Source of the DNA: a virus | Taxonomy: Duplodnaviria > Heunggongvirae > Uroviricota > Caudoviricetes | DNA: 64,000 nucleotides | Reading direction: 5' to 3' (one strand) | IMG/VR virus record: IMGVR_UViG_3300022173_000112 | Location: 2,916-66,915 of that record | Shown here: positions 1 through 8,427 of the stretch, piece after piece | Layout: each line of letters begins with the position of its first letter | Position numbering within the stretch: the stretch's first letter is position 1 | Program-made: the position numbers and the translations under genes | The notes under the pieces: generated by a model | Seen by the model: the letters and a program-made list of their open reading frames with translations, nothing else | Told to the model about the DNA's origin: nothing | Databases searched by the model: none

Positions 1-1
1 A

Positions 2-109
2 AAGGAGGAAGACGGCACTCGTGAAGTCAAGAACGATACCTACACGCTCGTCATCGAACGCCCCGTGCGTCACATGACCAGCATCGACTTGATGAATCCG
101 TATCAGTAA
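2..109 (+). CDS. 3' end of a plus-strand gene entering from upstream (partial)
   Basis: Open frame from the window edge to TAA at 107-109, followed by the first hairpin-leader element. Confidence 0.25.
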   Translation, partial: KEEDGTREVKNDTYTLVIERPVRHMTSIDLMNPYQ

Positions 110-121
110 AGCAACCGGGCA

Positions 122-165
122 CGATCCAGCGGGTTATACTGGGTCGTCGGAATCGCCGTACACTC
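122..165 (+). promoter_or_regulatory. Early-region hairpin+leader element R1
   Basis: Hairpin cgatccag-N6-ctgggtcg, then conserved tcGGAAtCGCCGTACAC, then RBS and ATG at 185. Confidence 0.5.
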
Positions 166-184
166 TTACCTCAAGGAGAAAGCC

Positions 185-466
185 ATGAGAATCATCTGGC
201 AACGGCCCGATGAGAAAGACCCGACTCGCAAGATTACGAAGATGTCCAAGGTTCTCACCGAGGACCAGGCTCAAGAGTTCGAGAAGAAACTCGATGACTT
301 GAAGCTGGTCCACAAGAGAATCAAGGACAAGGTTCCGTCGGTCAAGACTCTGGCCAAGTACATGGACGATTCCATCTGCCCCACGCCGGACGGCTGCAAG
401 GTCGAACCTGATGGGACATGCCAGCATGGGTGGAATGCTTGGCTGCTGATTTTGCATGTGATCTGA
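185..466 (+). CDS. Hypothetical early protein (93 aa)
   Basis: ORF preceded by element R1 and RBS aaggag. Confidence 0.5.
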   Translation: MRIIWQRPDEKDPTRKITKMSKVLTEDQAQEFEKKLDDLKLVHKRIKDKVPSVKTLAKYMDDSICPTPDGCKVEPDGTCQHGWNAWLLILHVI

Positions 467-545
467 CGTTCCCCAGCGTATGATTCGGCCCACGTTACGG
501 ACCGAACGGAAGCGCCGTAACCTCAACTTTCATGGAGAATCAGTC

Positions 546-743
546 ATGGCTGAATCGAAACCGCATCAGGTCATCGTCGATGACAACTTCAAGACCGAGA
601 TTCGCCTGTACGAATCGGAAAAGGACAACAAAGTCCTGCTGGTTCGTCTCACCCTCAAGGTGACGGATTTCGTGGTCGTCAAGGACGGCTTGCGTCAAGT
701 GTTCACGAATCTCGCGGCAGCGGTCAAGAAGTACAACGGATAG
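546..743 (+). CDS. Hypothetical early protein (alternative start at 480)
   Basis: ORF 480-743. The internal ATG at 546 has a ggag RBS 8 nt upstream. Confidence 0.4.
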   Translation: MAESKPHQVIVDDNFKTEIRLYESEKDNKVLLVRLTLKVTDFVVVKDGLRQVFTNLAAAVKKYNG

Positions 744-790
744 AATCAACTCTGGGTTCCAGCCTGCGGCCCGGATGTTTGCGTCTGTTA

Positions 791-836
791 GGGGACTTTC
801 GTCCTCAAGTAGGCTCGGAAACGCCGTACACTAACC
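791..836 (+). promoter_or_regulatory. Early-region hairpin+leader element R2 (variant hairpin)
   Basis: ggac-tttc-gtcc hairpin, then conserved cGGAAaCGCCGTACAC, RBS ggagg, ATG at 848. Confidence 0.4.
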
Positions 837-847
837 CGGAGGAACCA

Positions 848-1216
848 ATGTCAAACCAAGGTCAGAAGTGCAACCGCACCGCATGTAATAATCAGGATGC
901 TCAGTGGTACAACCACAGCACTCGGGCTTTTTACTGCGAAGCGTGTGCCGTGAGTCTGAACAAGATTCACAAGGTCGAAGCTCATAAGCTCTATGGGCAC
1001 GATCTCTGTACTCTCAGTCCGCAAGACGGCGATCTGTGTGTTGTGATTACGGATAAAGCCGTCGTGAGTCAGGGTGAATGCGATGTCATCATCGACACTG
1101 GCGATCGAGGCCAGACCGTGATGATTCCTGGCAATGCGATCGAGGCTTTCTTGGAGAAGCTCAACAAGCTCGATCTCAAACAAATTGCCAAGCACTACCA
1201 CGAGATTCACAAGTAA
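848..1216 (+). CDS. Hypothetical Cys-rich early protein (122 aa)
   Basis: ATG at 848 follows R2 and RBS ggagg (ORF track 779..1216). Confidence 0.5.
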   Translation: MSNQGQKCNRTACNNQDAQWYNHSTRAFYCEACAVSLNKIHKVEAHKLYGHDLCTLSPQDGDLCVVITDKAVVSQGECDVIIDTGDRGQTVMIPGNAIEAFLEKLNKLDLKQIAKHYHEIHK

Positions 1217-1220
1217 TCGG

Positions 1221-1260
1221 GGGCTACCCAGCGAATACTGGGTAGACGGAAGCGCCGTCC
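1221..1260 (+). promoter_or_regulatory. Early-region hairpin+leader element R3
   Basis: ctacccag-cgaata-ctgggtag hairpin, then ACGGAAGCGCCGTCC, RBS ggagg, ATG at 1278. Confidence 0.5.
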
Positions 1261-1277
1261 CTTTTCTGGAGGAATCC

Positions 1278-1493
1278 ATGTTCATTGTCACGAGAGTGGA
1301 AGACGGTCTAACAACCGTTGTTCCAGCACGGACATGGGCGGATGTCATCCCGCTTCTCAAAGTGAAAGATTGCATCCGTCGCTTGTCCGTCAAAGAAGAC
1401 GGCAAGTTCATCTTGCTCGTCAGGAGATACCATGTGGCTCATCATCCTCTTCATGATCTACCTTCTGGGCGTTGCGACGAACAGAAAACGTAG
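1278..1493 (+). CDS. Hypothetical early protein (71 aa)
   Basis: ATG 11 nt after RBS ggagg following R3. In frame with ORF 1134..1493. Confidence 0.45.
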   Translation: MFIVTRVEDGLTTVVPARTWADVIPLLKVKDCIRRLSVKEDGKFILLVRRYHVAHHPLHDLPSGRCDEQKT

Positions 1494-1503
1494 ATAGCCC
1501 GTA

Positions 1504-1543
1504 GGTCCAGCGGACAAACTGGACCAACGGAATCGCCGTACAC
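1504..1543 (+). promoter_or_regulatory. Early-region hairpin+leader element R4
   Basis: gtccag-cggacaaa-ctggac hairpin, then aACGGAAtCGCCGTACAC, RBS aggagag, ATG at 1560. Confidence 0.5.
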
Positions 1544-1559
1544 TAACCAGGAGAGAGCT

Positions 1560-2003
1560 ATGCAACTCTTTGACAACTACCATATTGATGATCGTATTGC
1601 TGATGCAGTTTGGGAAGCTCATCTTGAGTCGATTGCCAAACTGCGAAAGGAAGCGGTCATCGAAGAGACCGACTCGGAAGAAACGAAGCAATCGAAACGC
1701 AAGAAACGCATGGACGCGGCGGTGAAATCGATTCAGTCGAAACTCGCCGTGGTCATGGCGGACATGCAAGTTCTGTTGCAATTCTGGGTCGATCGTCGGC
1801 TTGTCTTTGTTGACAAGAATGAAGGAATGTTCCGCGAAGAACATGGTTGTCCTTTCGTGGAACGATTCCAGCGAGTGGCTACTTTCATGGAGGAGATTGA
1901 TGAGGAAGCCAAGTTCAATGCTGCGAAACGTCTCGTTCAATGTGGCACGGAGGAAGAAGCCCGAGACGCGATGGAACAACTCAAGCTAGATTGTGAAATC
2001 TGA
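1560..2003 (+). CDS. Hypothetical early protein (147 aa)
   Basis: ORF directly after R4. Confidence 0.55.
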   Translation: MQLFDNYHIDDRIADAVWEAHLESIAKLRKEAVIEETDSEETKQSKRKKRMDAAVKSIQSKLAVVMADMQVLLQFWVDRRLVFVDKNEGMFREEHGCPFVERFQRVATFMEEIDEEAKFNAAKRLVQCGTEEEARDAMEQLKLDCEI

Positions 2004-2008
2004 CCAGG

Positions 2009-2050
2009 GGCTACCCAGTGGTATATCTGGGTAGACGGAAGTGCCGTACC
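2009..2050 (+). promoter_or_regulatory. Early-region hairpin+leader element R5
   Basis: ctacccag-tggtatat-ctgggtag hairpin, then ACGGAAGtGCCGTACC, RBS, ATG at 2067. Confidence 0.5.
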
Positions 2051-2066
2051 CTTACAGGAGAGAACC

Positions 2067-2333
2067 ATGCCGTTGAAATTCCGACTGATTGAGGAAGTGA
2101 ATGACTTCGGTTCTACTCTTACCACGGAGTATGAAGGCTTCACTCACCAGATTACCAAGGCAAACATCAGAGACTACATCTTTGTGATTGCCTGGTTGGA
2201 CGGTGAGCAAGACTATTGGATTGTAGACGGTGAAGCTGGCATTGCCGAGCTAAGCCGACACTACATGGACATGGTAGGAATCGTTCCCGAGTTCATGAGG
2301 ATGAGATATGAAGACCCTACAACAAGTTCGTGA
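2067..2333 (+). CDS. Hypothetical early protein (88 aa)
   Basis: ORF after R5. Confidence 0.5.
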   Translation: MPLKFRLIEEVNDFGSTLTTEYEGFTHQITKANIRDYIFVIAWLDGEQDYWIVDGEAGIAELSRHYMDMVGIVPEFMRMRYEDPTTSS

Positions 2334-2583
2334 CTTCGTCGAGAACAGCAAGGGTCGAATCTTTTCCGTTCGATTCGTCAAGCGGGGCACAATTCAACTG
2401 CGTCAAATGCGTTGCAAAACGTATGTCAAGGATGCCTTGAAAGGTGGCGAGCAATCGTACAACCCCAAGGACTACTTGCTTGTCAACGTCTATGACATGG
2501 ACGCAAAGCATTACAAGTGTTTCCCGCTCGATGGGTTGAAAGAGATTCTGCTCGATGGTGAGTGGCACGAAGTCAAAGGCTAA
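2308..2583 (+). CDS. Hypothetical early protein (91 aa), overlaps the preceding gene by 26 nt
   Basis: ORF track. No hairpin element of its own. Confidence 0.4.
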   Translation: MKTLQQVRDFVENSKGRIFSVRFVKRGTIQLRQMRCKTYVKDALKGGEQSYNPKDYLLVNVYDMDAKHYKCFPLDGLKEILLDGEWHEVKG

Positions 2584-2588
2584 CCAGG

Positions 2589-2631
2589 GGCTTCCCAGTG
2601 GTATAACTGGGAAGACGGAAGCGCCCTATAC
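2589..2631 (+). promoter_or_regulatory. Early-region hairpin+leader element R6
   Basis: cttcccag-tggtataa-ctgggaag hairpin. The stem differs from R5 by compensatory changes. Then ACGGAAGCGCCCTATAC, RBS aaggagg, ATG at 2655. Confidence 0.5.
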
Positions 2632-2654
2632 TCAACCAAAGGAGGAATCGGAAA

Positions 2655-3211
2655 TGAACAAGCAACAACTCGAAGCCAAGCTGCAACTCCTTGAAACGGA
2701 GATGATCTTGGCCAAAGGTGGCACTCAGAAGGAAGTCCGCGAGAAGTTCGGCGACACGTTGGGCCAAAAGCTCTACGGCATCACCCAACTGAACAAGCGA
2801 TTTCCGAACGTCAAGCTGGTTCACCGCATGACGGAACTGGACCCAACCGATCGGGATTGGATCAAATTCAAAGATATTTCAGGGAGTCATCTCCCGAATC
2901 TTTTGATGCGTTCCAACTCGGACGAATTGAAGGCTCAGAATCAGAAACGTCGGGCGTTGAGCCAAGAAGAATACTCCCCTCTCACGGAAGAGAAGTTTCA
3001 GGAGTTCATCACGAGTTGCACCGTCAAGGTGAACTGTGCCAAAATCATGAACAGGTCGAACATGGAACACGCTGCTTCGACCTATCCCATCGGAATCGTC
3101 CGCGACGTATTCAACGCCATCTTGTCGAACAACATGGACGTTCTGAAAAAGTACGCGGAACGTGCCGCCGTAATCGACGGCGTGGTCGAAGCGATTATGA
3201 AAACTTACTAA
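2655..3211 (+). CDS. Hypothetical early protein (185 aa)
   Basis: ATG after strong RBS following R6. ORF track lists 2555..3211 in the same frame. Confidence 0.55.
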
Positions 3212-3216
3212 ACGGG

Positions 3217-3256
3217 GGCTACCCAGCGTCAAACTGGGTAGACGGAAGCGCCGTCC
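3217..3256 (+). promoter_or_regulatory. Early-region hairpin+leader element R7
   Basis: ctacccag-cgtcaaa-ctgggtag hairpin, then ACGGAAGCGCCGTCC, RBS aaggag, ATG at 3278. Confidence 0.5.
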
Positions 3257-3277
3257 TCTTACAAAAGGAGTCCCTCA

Positions 3278-3684
3278 TGTTTGAAGTCCATGACCATGAT
3301 GGCAAAAAGGTCGATGGGAAATCGCCCATCATTGCCAGACTGGACACGGAGAAAGAGTGCATTGATTACATCAAGAAAGTCCATCGTGGTCAGAAGATCA
3401 CGTTGGATGCCCCTCCCTTTGGACCGGGCAAAATGGTGTCAATTGATGGTGAGTACCGCTACTTTGTTGGGGATGATAAGCCATATATCCCCGACAAAGA
3501 TGCGGGAATCACTCTCCATGTCCAGTGTACCAAATGCACGAAGCTCACGGGCGTCGTAATGACGCAGGAGCAAGCGATTGCGTATGGCAACCCTGAACGG
3601 GGCACAGTCGCGAGCATCTTTCCCAACCAGAGCATCGAGACTCAACGATTGTTGAGTTGCGGTATCTGCCCGGAGTGCTGGTGA
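3278..3684 (+). CDS. Hypothetical early protein (135 aa) with C-terminal CxxC pairs
   Basis: ATG after R7. Same frame as ORF 2857..3684. Confidence 0.5.
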
Positions 3685-3929
3685 TGAAAAGTGACAAAGC
3701 CATGATTCTGAATCCGGACCTATGGCCACGCTGGCCCTGGCTTCCGGTGAAAAAGAGCAGCACGACGTTACTCACTGGCCTTCTCTGTTGTTCGGAAGAA
3801 CACCTGGAAGGCAAGATGATTATCTATCATGCTTACCTCTACAACATGCCTCCAACGATGGAAGGCGTCAAGACCACAGAGTATCCGAATGTCGATGCAA
3901 TGCTTGCTGATGGATGGGTCATCGATTGA
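3684..3929 (+). CDS. Hypothetical protein (82 aa)
   Basis: ATG overlaps the previous stop (gtgATGa). Frame of ORF 3657..3929. Confidence 0.35.
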   Translation: MKSDKAMILNPDLWPRWPWLPVKKSSTTLLTGLLCCSEEHLEGKMIIYHAYLYNMPPTMEGVKTTEYPNVDAMLADGWVID

Positions 3930-3935
3930 GCCGGT

Positions 3936-3974
3936 TGCCGGTTCCCGACTGAACCGGACGGAATCGCCGTACAC
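3936..3974 (+). promoter_or_regulatory. Early-region hairpin+leader element R8 (different stem sequence)
   Basis: ccggttc-ccgact-gaaccgg hairpin, then ACGGAAtCGCCGTACAC, RBS aaggagg, GTG at 3994. Confidence 0.5.
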
Positions 3975-3993
3975 TCTAACCAAAGGAGGAAAC

Positions 3994-4335
3994 GTGATTA
4001 CATCTGAATTCGAGTATTACTTGGTTCAGGAGTTGATCGGGATGCCGGATCGTGAACTCGCCCAAAAGATCGAGTTGCATATCTGGTATCGTTGTGCAAC
4101 TCCACAGCCAAAGATACTCGCGAGATACTTGAAGTTGCTCAAGGAATCGGAAGACTCCGAAGGCTTCATCGAGGAAGCTCGCAAGTATCTCGACGAGAGC
4201 GGCTTGGAATTCGTTCAGCATGAAAATGGCGAATACATCTGCCGCACGCCGAACTTCAATCCACCTGATTACATCGAGATTCCCGCTCAAACGGTTCTCG
4301 ATGCCGAGAAGCAGGAGCCACAATGGCCGGACTAA
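3994..4335 (+). CDS. Hypothetical early protein (113 aa), GTG start
   Basis: GTG 7 nt after RBS aaggagg. Frame of ORF 3829..4335. Confidence 0.45.
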   Translation: MITSEFEYYLVQELIGMPDRELAQKIELHIWYRCATPQPKILARYLKLLKESEDSEGFIEEARKYLDESGLEFVQHENGEYICRTPNFNPPDYIEIPAQTVLDAEKQEPQWPD

Positions 4336-4433
4336 TAATCCTCATTGTGCTGGGTGCAATTTACATCTGGCTAACACGCCCAATCGACATTGTTGTCTAT
4401 GACATTGTCGATGAAGACGATGATTAAAACGGT

Positions 4434-4470
4434 TGCCGGTTCCCGCCTGAACCGGACGGAAGCGCCGTCC
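4434..4470 (+). promoter_or_regulatory. Early-region hairpin+leader element R9
   Basis: ccggttc-ccgcct-gaaccgg hairpin, then ACGGAAGCGCCGTCC, RBS aaggag, ATG at 4493. Confidence 0.5.
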
Positions 4471-4492
4471 CTTTCTTTCTCAAGGAGACTCT

Positions 4493-4765
4493 ATGTCCAA
4501 GACCGAGCAGATTCGTCAAGCCCTCATGCAGCATCCGAATGCTTCCGTGAGCAAACTCGCCACCAAATTCAAGGTGTCAACGGGTTTGATCTACGGCATT
4601 CGGGGTGCGATGAAGGATGCACGAAACCCGATTGTCCAGCCAAGGCCGATCGTCAAGGTCGATGGGGTCAAGCACACCATCGACACGATCATCAACATGA
4701 AGAAGCTCGCCGAATCGGTGGGCGGCTTCGACCGTTTGATCGAACTGGCGGACGCCTTGCGGTGA
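4493..4765 (+). CDS. Hypothetical early protein (90 aa), possible HTH
   Basis: ORF after R9. Confidence 0.5.
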   Translation: MSKTEQIRQALMQHPNASVSKLATKFKVSTGLIYGIRGAMKDARNPIVQPRPIVKVDGVKHTIDTIINMKKLAESVGGFDRLIELADALR

Positions 4766-4778
4766 AGAAAGAAACCGG

Positions 4779-4823
4779 GGGCTTCCCAGCGGTATATCTG
4801 GGGAGACGGAATCGTCGTACACT
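4779..4823 (+). promoter_or_regulatory. Early-region hairpin+leader element R10 (no ORF follows it)
   Basis: cttcccag-cggtatat-ctggggag hairpin, then ACGGAAtCGtCGTACAC. The next ATG hits a stop after 2 codons. This may be a decayed copy or a non-coding leader. Confidence 0.35.
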
Positions 4824-4931
4824 TGATAATCAACTCTGAACGTGAGAGCTATCGACTATGGGTTAGCGATTGCTAAAGCGTACCTTTGGGGTAAGCAGTC
4901 TAGCCTAACGTCTCGGAGTTGTAACACCGGG

Positions 4932-4973
4932 CACGATCCAGCGGTATATCTGGGTCGTCGGAAGCGCCTTACC
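4932..4973 (+). promoter_or_regulatory. Early-region hairpin+leader element R11
   Basis: cgatccag-cggtatat-ctgggtcg hairpin, then tCGGAAGCGCCttACC, RBS ggagg, ATG at 4990. Confidence 0.5.
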
Positions 4974-4989
4974 TAACTGGAGGATTTCC

Positions 4990-5769
4990 ATGCAAACCGT
5001 AGCTAAGACCTACGCCGAACTGGATGCCCTCGTCAAGGTTTTCAACCAAGGAAAGTTGGAAATCATGATCGTTGAGGGAACAGCCGGTGTTGGCAAGTCA
5101 AGCATTGTCAAGAAGAATCTGCCGAGCGATGGGCACTTGTGGCTGGAAGGCCGCGTCAGTGCTTTCATGTTCTACAAGGCTCTTCAAGAGAAAGCTGATT
5201 TGCCTGTGTACTTGGATGATGTTGACGGATTGCTGTCCAACAAGGACAACATCAACATCTTGAAGTGTGTCTGTCAGACCGAAACGCATAAAACTGTTTC
5301 GTGGCACACCAACGCAAACAAGGAAGAAGAGAAGTCGTTTGTTACGACTTCCAAAGTCCTCGTGATTACCAACGATTGGCGGACGCTGAACAAGCACGTC
5401 GATGCGGTGGATGATCGAGGATTGCTCGTGCGTTTCAAGCCAAGTGCGACTGAGGTTCACAATCATATCAAGGGCTTCTTCGACCAGGAAGTGTATAACT
5501 TCATCGGAGATCACCTGAGTCTGATTCGTGAGCCGTCGATGCGGCTGTATCGCACAGCTTCGCAGTTGAAAAACCTGGATTGGAAAGCGATGCTTCTCGA
5601 TTCGTTCAAGATCAAGAAGGCGTCGTGGATTTGCGTCCTTAAGTTACGCGCCGTACAAGCCTCTGATAATCAGAAGTCACTGTTGTTCGCACAAGAAACG
5701 GGATTGGACCCGCGAACGTATTGGCGGATTAAAAAGGAATTGAAGAAACTCGCGATTACGTTTCCTTGA
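4990..5769 (+). CDS. P-loop NTPase (AAA-like ATPase)
   Basis: Walker A GTAGVGKSS near the N-terminus. 259 aa. Last gene of the plus-strand block. Confidence 0.55.
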   Translation: MQTVAKTYAELDALVKVFNQGKLEIMIVEGTAGVGKSSIVKKNLPSDGHLWLEGRVSAFMFYKALQEKADLPVYLDDVDGLLSNKDNINILKCVCQTETHKTVSWHTNANKEEEKSFVTTSKVLVITNDWRTLNKHVDAVDDRGLLVRFKPSATEVHNHIKGFFDQEVYNFIGDHLSLIREPSMRLYRTASQLKNLDWKAMLLDSFKIKKASWICVLKLRAVQASDNQKSLLFAQETGLDPRTYWRIKKELKKLAITFP

Positions 5770-6155
5770 TAATCGAATCGACCGATTTGATTACATAGTG
5801 AACAACCGTATACTGACAAACTGGCATTGAATTTTCAATGTCAATTTGTCAGTGGTCAATTGTCTACTGACAAATTGACATTGAATTTAAGGCGCGACGC
5901 GGGGAGTGGCAAGATGCCGCTTCCCGCGTCTTTTCGCTTTGAATTCAACGGAAGCGAGCGTAAATTTTCTTTTTCAAAATTTCCAGAAACGCGGCACCAT
6001 TATTGCCATTGTTTCCACGAAAAGGTAGCACCATTGCGCTTACATTTTCGGTAATCAATTGCTTAAAGTGCGATTCCAAAGGGATCATTTGAGAATTCGA
6101 TTTGGTTTTTCGATTTGAACTTGACGTGTATTACTGAACGTAGAAAAGTCGATTA

Positions 6156-6182
6156 GAAAAGGTGTCACAGAATCACCTTTTC
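6156..6182. terminator. Perfect 9-bp hairpin gaaaaggtg-N9-caccttttc in the zone where the two gene blocks meet
   Basis: Inverted repeat flanked by A/T runs between the plus and minus gene blocks. Candidate bidirectional intrinsic terminator. Confidence 0.35.
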
Positions 6183-6642
6183 AAATCAAAATAGTTTCAC
6201 CGATTTGTCCCAAAAAATTCACGCGGCCCAAAATTGACCCTACTATTTTCTTTTAATTCTCTATATTCATATCCGAGAAAGAAAGAAAGAAAGAGTTCTA
6301 ATAAAAGAGAAGAGAATTGAAAAAATTAGTAGGCGAGTTCGCCGCGCCGCTCGCAGCATTTGAAATGCCTCTAGGATGCCGTTTCCCGTTGCCAGTTTCG
6401 ACGGGGCCGCGTCCGAAACGTGAAAAGGTAAACTCACCCATTGACCCATCGCAACGCCCTGGCGCGGCATTGTGGAAGTTTCAAAAATTCCCACAAGAAT
6501 TTTTTGGGCGCAAATCGTGAAAGAAAATTGAAAAGAAATGCCGATTACTTGACCACTGACCCATGACGAATGAATCAACGCTCAAGTAATCGGTGTTTGG
6601 AAGTGTGTTTAGACATGACCCATGACTCATGAGTCAACTAAT

Positions 6643-7089
6643 CTACTTCAAATGTTCAGGCGTCACGGTTACAGAATTGTATTTCTTCAATCCGTTCACA
6701 CAACTCACGTACAATTGCAACGCCCGTCTGACTACCTCCGATTCCTTTACTCCCTGCTCAATGGCCATCCGAACCAGTGCATCGTAGGTCGCTTCGGAAA
6801 AGCCGAACTTAACACGAATCAGGTACGCTTCCCGATTGAAACGCTTAGCCGCCTGCACCCTGGCGTCAATCATCTGGCCACGTGTGATCGTGTTCAAGTC
6901 TTCCCACGTAATCCCTACCTCCCGAAGAGCATGAAGGGAATCGACGCTCATATCAACGAGTCGCGGGTTGTCAGGAATCAAGGCCATGATTCTCTTTATC
7001 AGTTCTTCCACGTTCACTCCTAAAAATCTTGACTGTGTTCCTAAAAAAATTCGGGAACGGCTGACTCGCCTCCGGCGGAACGCAGTCAA
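6643..7089 (-). CDS. Hypothetical protein, possible ribbon-helix-helix DNA-binding C-terminus
   Basis: 148 aa. C-terminal segment ...SEVVRRALQLYV... resembles Arc/MetJ/CopG-type RHH. Confidence 0.4.
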   Translation of the reverse strand: MTAFRRRRVSRSRIFLGTQSRFLGVNVEELIKRIMALIPDNPRLVDMSVDSLHALREVGITWEDLNTITRGQMIDARVQAAKRFNREAYLIRVKFGFSEATYDALVRMAIEQGVKESEVVRRALQLYVSCVNGLKKYNSVTVTPEHLK

Positions 7090-7334
7090 GGCAGCGAGTC
7101 CAACTTGGGTGAGACCTTAATCAGTTCGTGTGTATCTTTGACTCTTTGCAACCTTCGACACTCGTCAATGTGTAATCGAATGTCATTGTCCACGTGTCCC
7201 CATGCTTGCATTGGTGGGAATCTCTTGCCGCAGAAGTGGCACCGTGGAATCCACATCTTTTCCTCCGGTGCAGAAGCACACCCACCAAGGAAGGCCACAA
7301 TGAGGGCAACGCAAATCAGGAATCGTGTTGTCAT
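7086..7334 (-). CDS. Putative lipoprotein
   Basis: N-terminal hydrophobic segment ending in a LGGC lipobox. Confidence 0.45.
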   Translation of the reverse strand: MTTRFLICVALIVAFLGGCASAPEEKMWIPRCHFCGKRFPPMQAWGHVDNDIRLHIDECRRLQRVKDTHELIKVSPKLDSLP

Positions 7335-7379
7335 AGCAGTAACACTCCGTTTCCGTACACTTAGGTTGATGCCACCACT

Positions 7380-7616
7380 TCATGAATCTATGAAACCTTT
7401 GACACGTTCGTATGCGTATGGTGGGAATCCCTCAGCTTCATTAAGTACAGCAAGAATCTCTTTTTGACTGACCCATGAACCCTGACGCAAACGTGCGGCA
7501 TCAAGACACTCTTGTTCACCCTTGGACAAAGGTTTCATAGCCTCAAGGTCTTTGATGATCTGCTCAAGTTCGTTGTCCTTGGCACCAGCGGTAATCGCAA
7601 CACATAGTGGGTTCAT
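7380..7616 (-). CDS. Hypothetical protein (78 aa)
   Basis: ORF track. Contains the recurring 12-mer, which encodes GSWVSQ here. Confidence 0.4.
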   Translation of the reverse strand: MNPLCVAITAGAKDNELEQIIKDLEAMKPLSKGEQECLDAARLRQGSWVSQKEILAVLNEAEGFPPYAYERVKGFIDS

Positions 7617-7981
7617 CGAGTTCTCCTGTACTCTGCCGATTCAACGTGTTTACCGTCGACATCGTAACCCCAACTAGGTCGCCTAGGTCCACGTAGAATC
7701 AAGGTCCATGCACCATTGGTTCTGACAACGCGGTGATACTTCTCAGCGGTCCTAAATGTAATCGAACCGCTTTGTCTTTCGTTTAACCTATCACCCACTT
7801 GTTCCAGATATGATCCCCAAAGAATCAGGGACCAGAAGGACCAGGGATGATTATGTTGATGCAGGTCGCCATCAGGTAATAGAATCCTGTGAATGTACAA
7901 CCCGAACCAAGGTAGTTCGATCAGTCGCCAGCGTGTAAAGTGCAGGTTTCCGTTTCGATCACGGATATCGAATCGTTTCAT
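7613..7981 (-). CDS. Hypothetical protein, paralog of 56003..56392
   Basis: Shares LH(Q/D)HNHPW(S/N)F(W/Y)SLILWG(S/G)Y with the second copy. Confidence 0.5.
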   Translation of the reverse strand: MKRFDIRDRNGNLHFTRWRLIELPWFGLYIHRILLPDGDLHQHNHPWSFWSLILWGSYLEQVGDRLNERQSGSITFRTAEKYHRVVRTNGAWTLILRGPRRPSWGYDVDGKHVESAEYRRTR

Positions 7982-8226
7982 GTGTACTCCGCCAACATGA
8001 CGCGAACCTTACGCTTGACAAGGTACTCTTCGCCACTCGACTCAAGTTCTTCGAGCCACACTTCGTCATCGTGTAATTGTAATCGAAGAATTTCGACGTG
8101 TTCGCCGCCAGCGAACGGACCAAATGAACGCTCGAACTGGGCGGCTTCGACACAGATGAATGTCTCATCATCCTGGTCCAGAACGTCACCGTAGATGGTG
8201 ACAATTGTTTCAAGAATCTTTTGCAT
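7978..8226 (-). CDS. Hypothetical acidic protein (82 aa)
   Basis: ORF track. Start overlaps the upstream stop. Confidence 0.4.
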   Translation of the reverse strand: MQKILETIVTIYGDVLDQDDETFICVEAAQFERSFGPFAGGEHVEILRLQLHDDEVWLEELESSGEEYLVKRKVRVMLAEYT

Positions 8227-8229
8227 GTT

Positions 8230-8427
8230 TCACCCTGGGGCAATGACACCACGAGCCACTTCGTCAGGCGTCCGCGACGCCATCATCCTTCGCCAGCATT
8301 CGTCTCTTTCTTCTTGGTGTGCCCGTTCAAATTCGAGCATATCAAGAAGCTCATTCTCTTCCTTGAGACTACGCTCCTTCGCTTGCAGAGCATACCGATC
8401 CTTGTACCAGCTAATCGGTAATGACAT
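8230..8427 (-). CDS. Hypothetical protein (65 aa)
   Basis: ORF track. Confidence 0.3.
   Translation of the reverse strand: MSLPISWYKDRYALQAKERSLKEENELLDMLEFERAHQEERDECWRRMMASRTPDEVARGVIAPG

Noticed and set aside
6267-6578. ORFs 6267..6578 (minus), 6317..6520 (plus), 5827..6054 (plus)
   Set aside because: They lie in a palindrome- and homopolymer-rich non-coding zone. Their translations are low-complexity.
7183-7383. 66-aa ORF overlapping the lipoprotein gene in another frame
   Set aside because: Fully nested in a gene that has a convincing lipobox.
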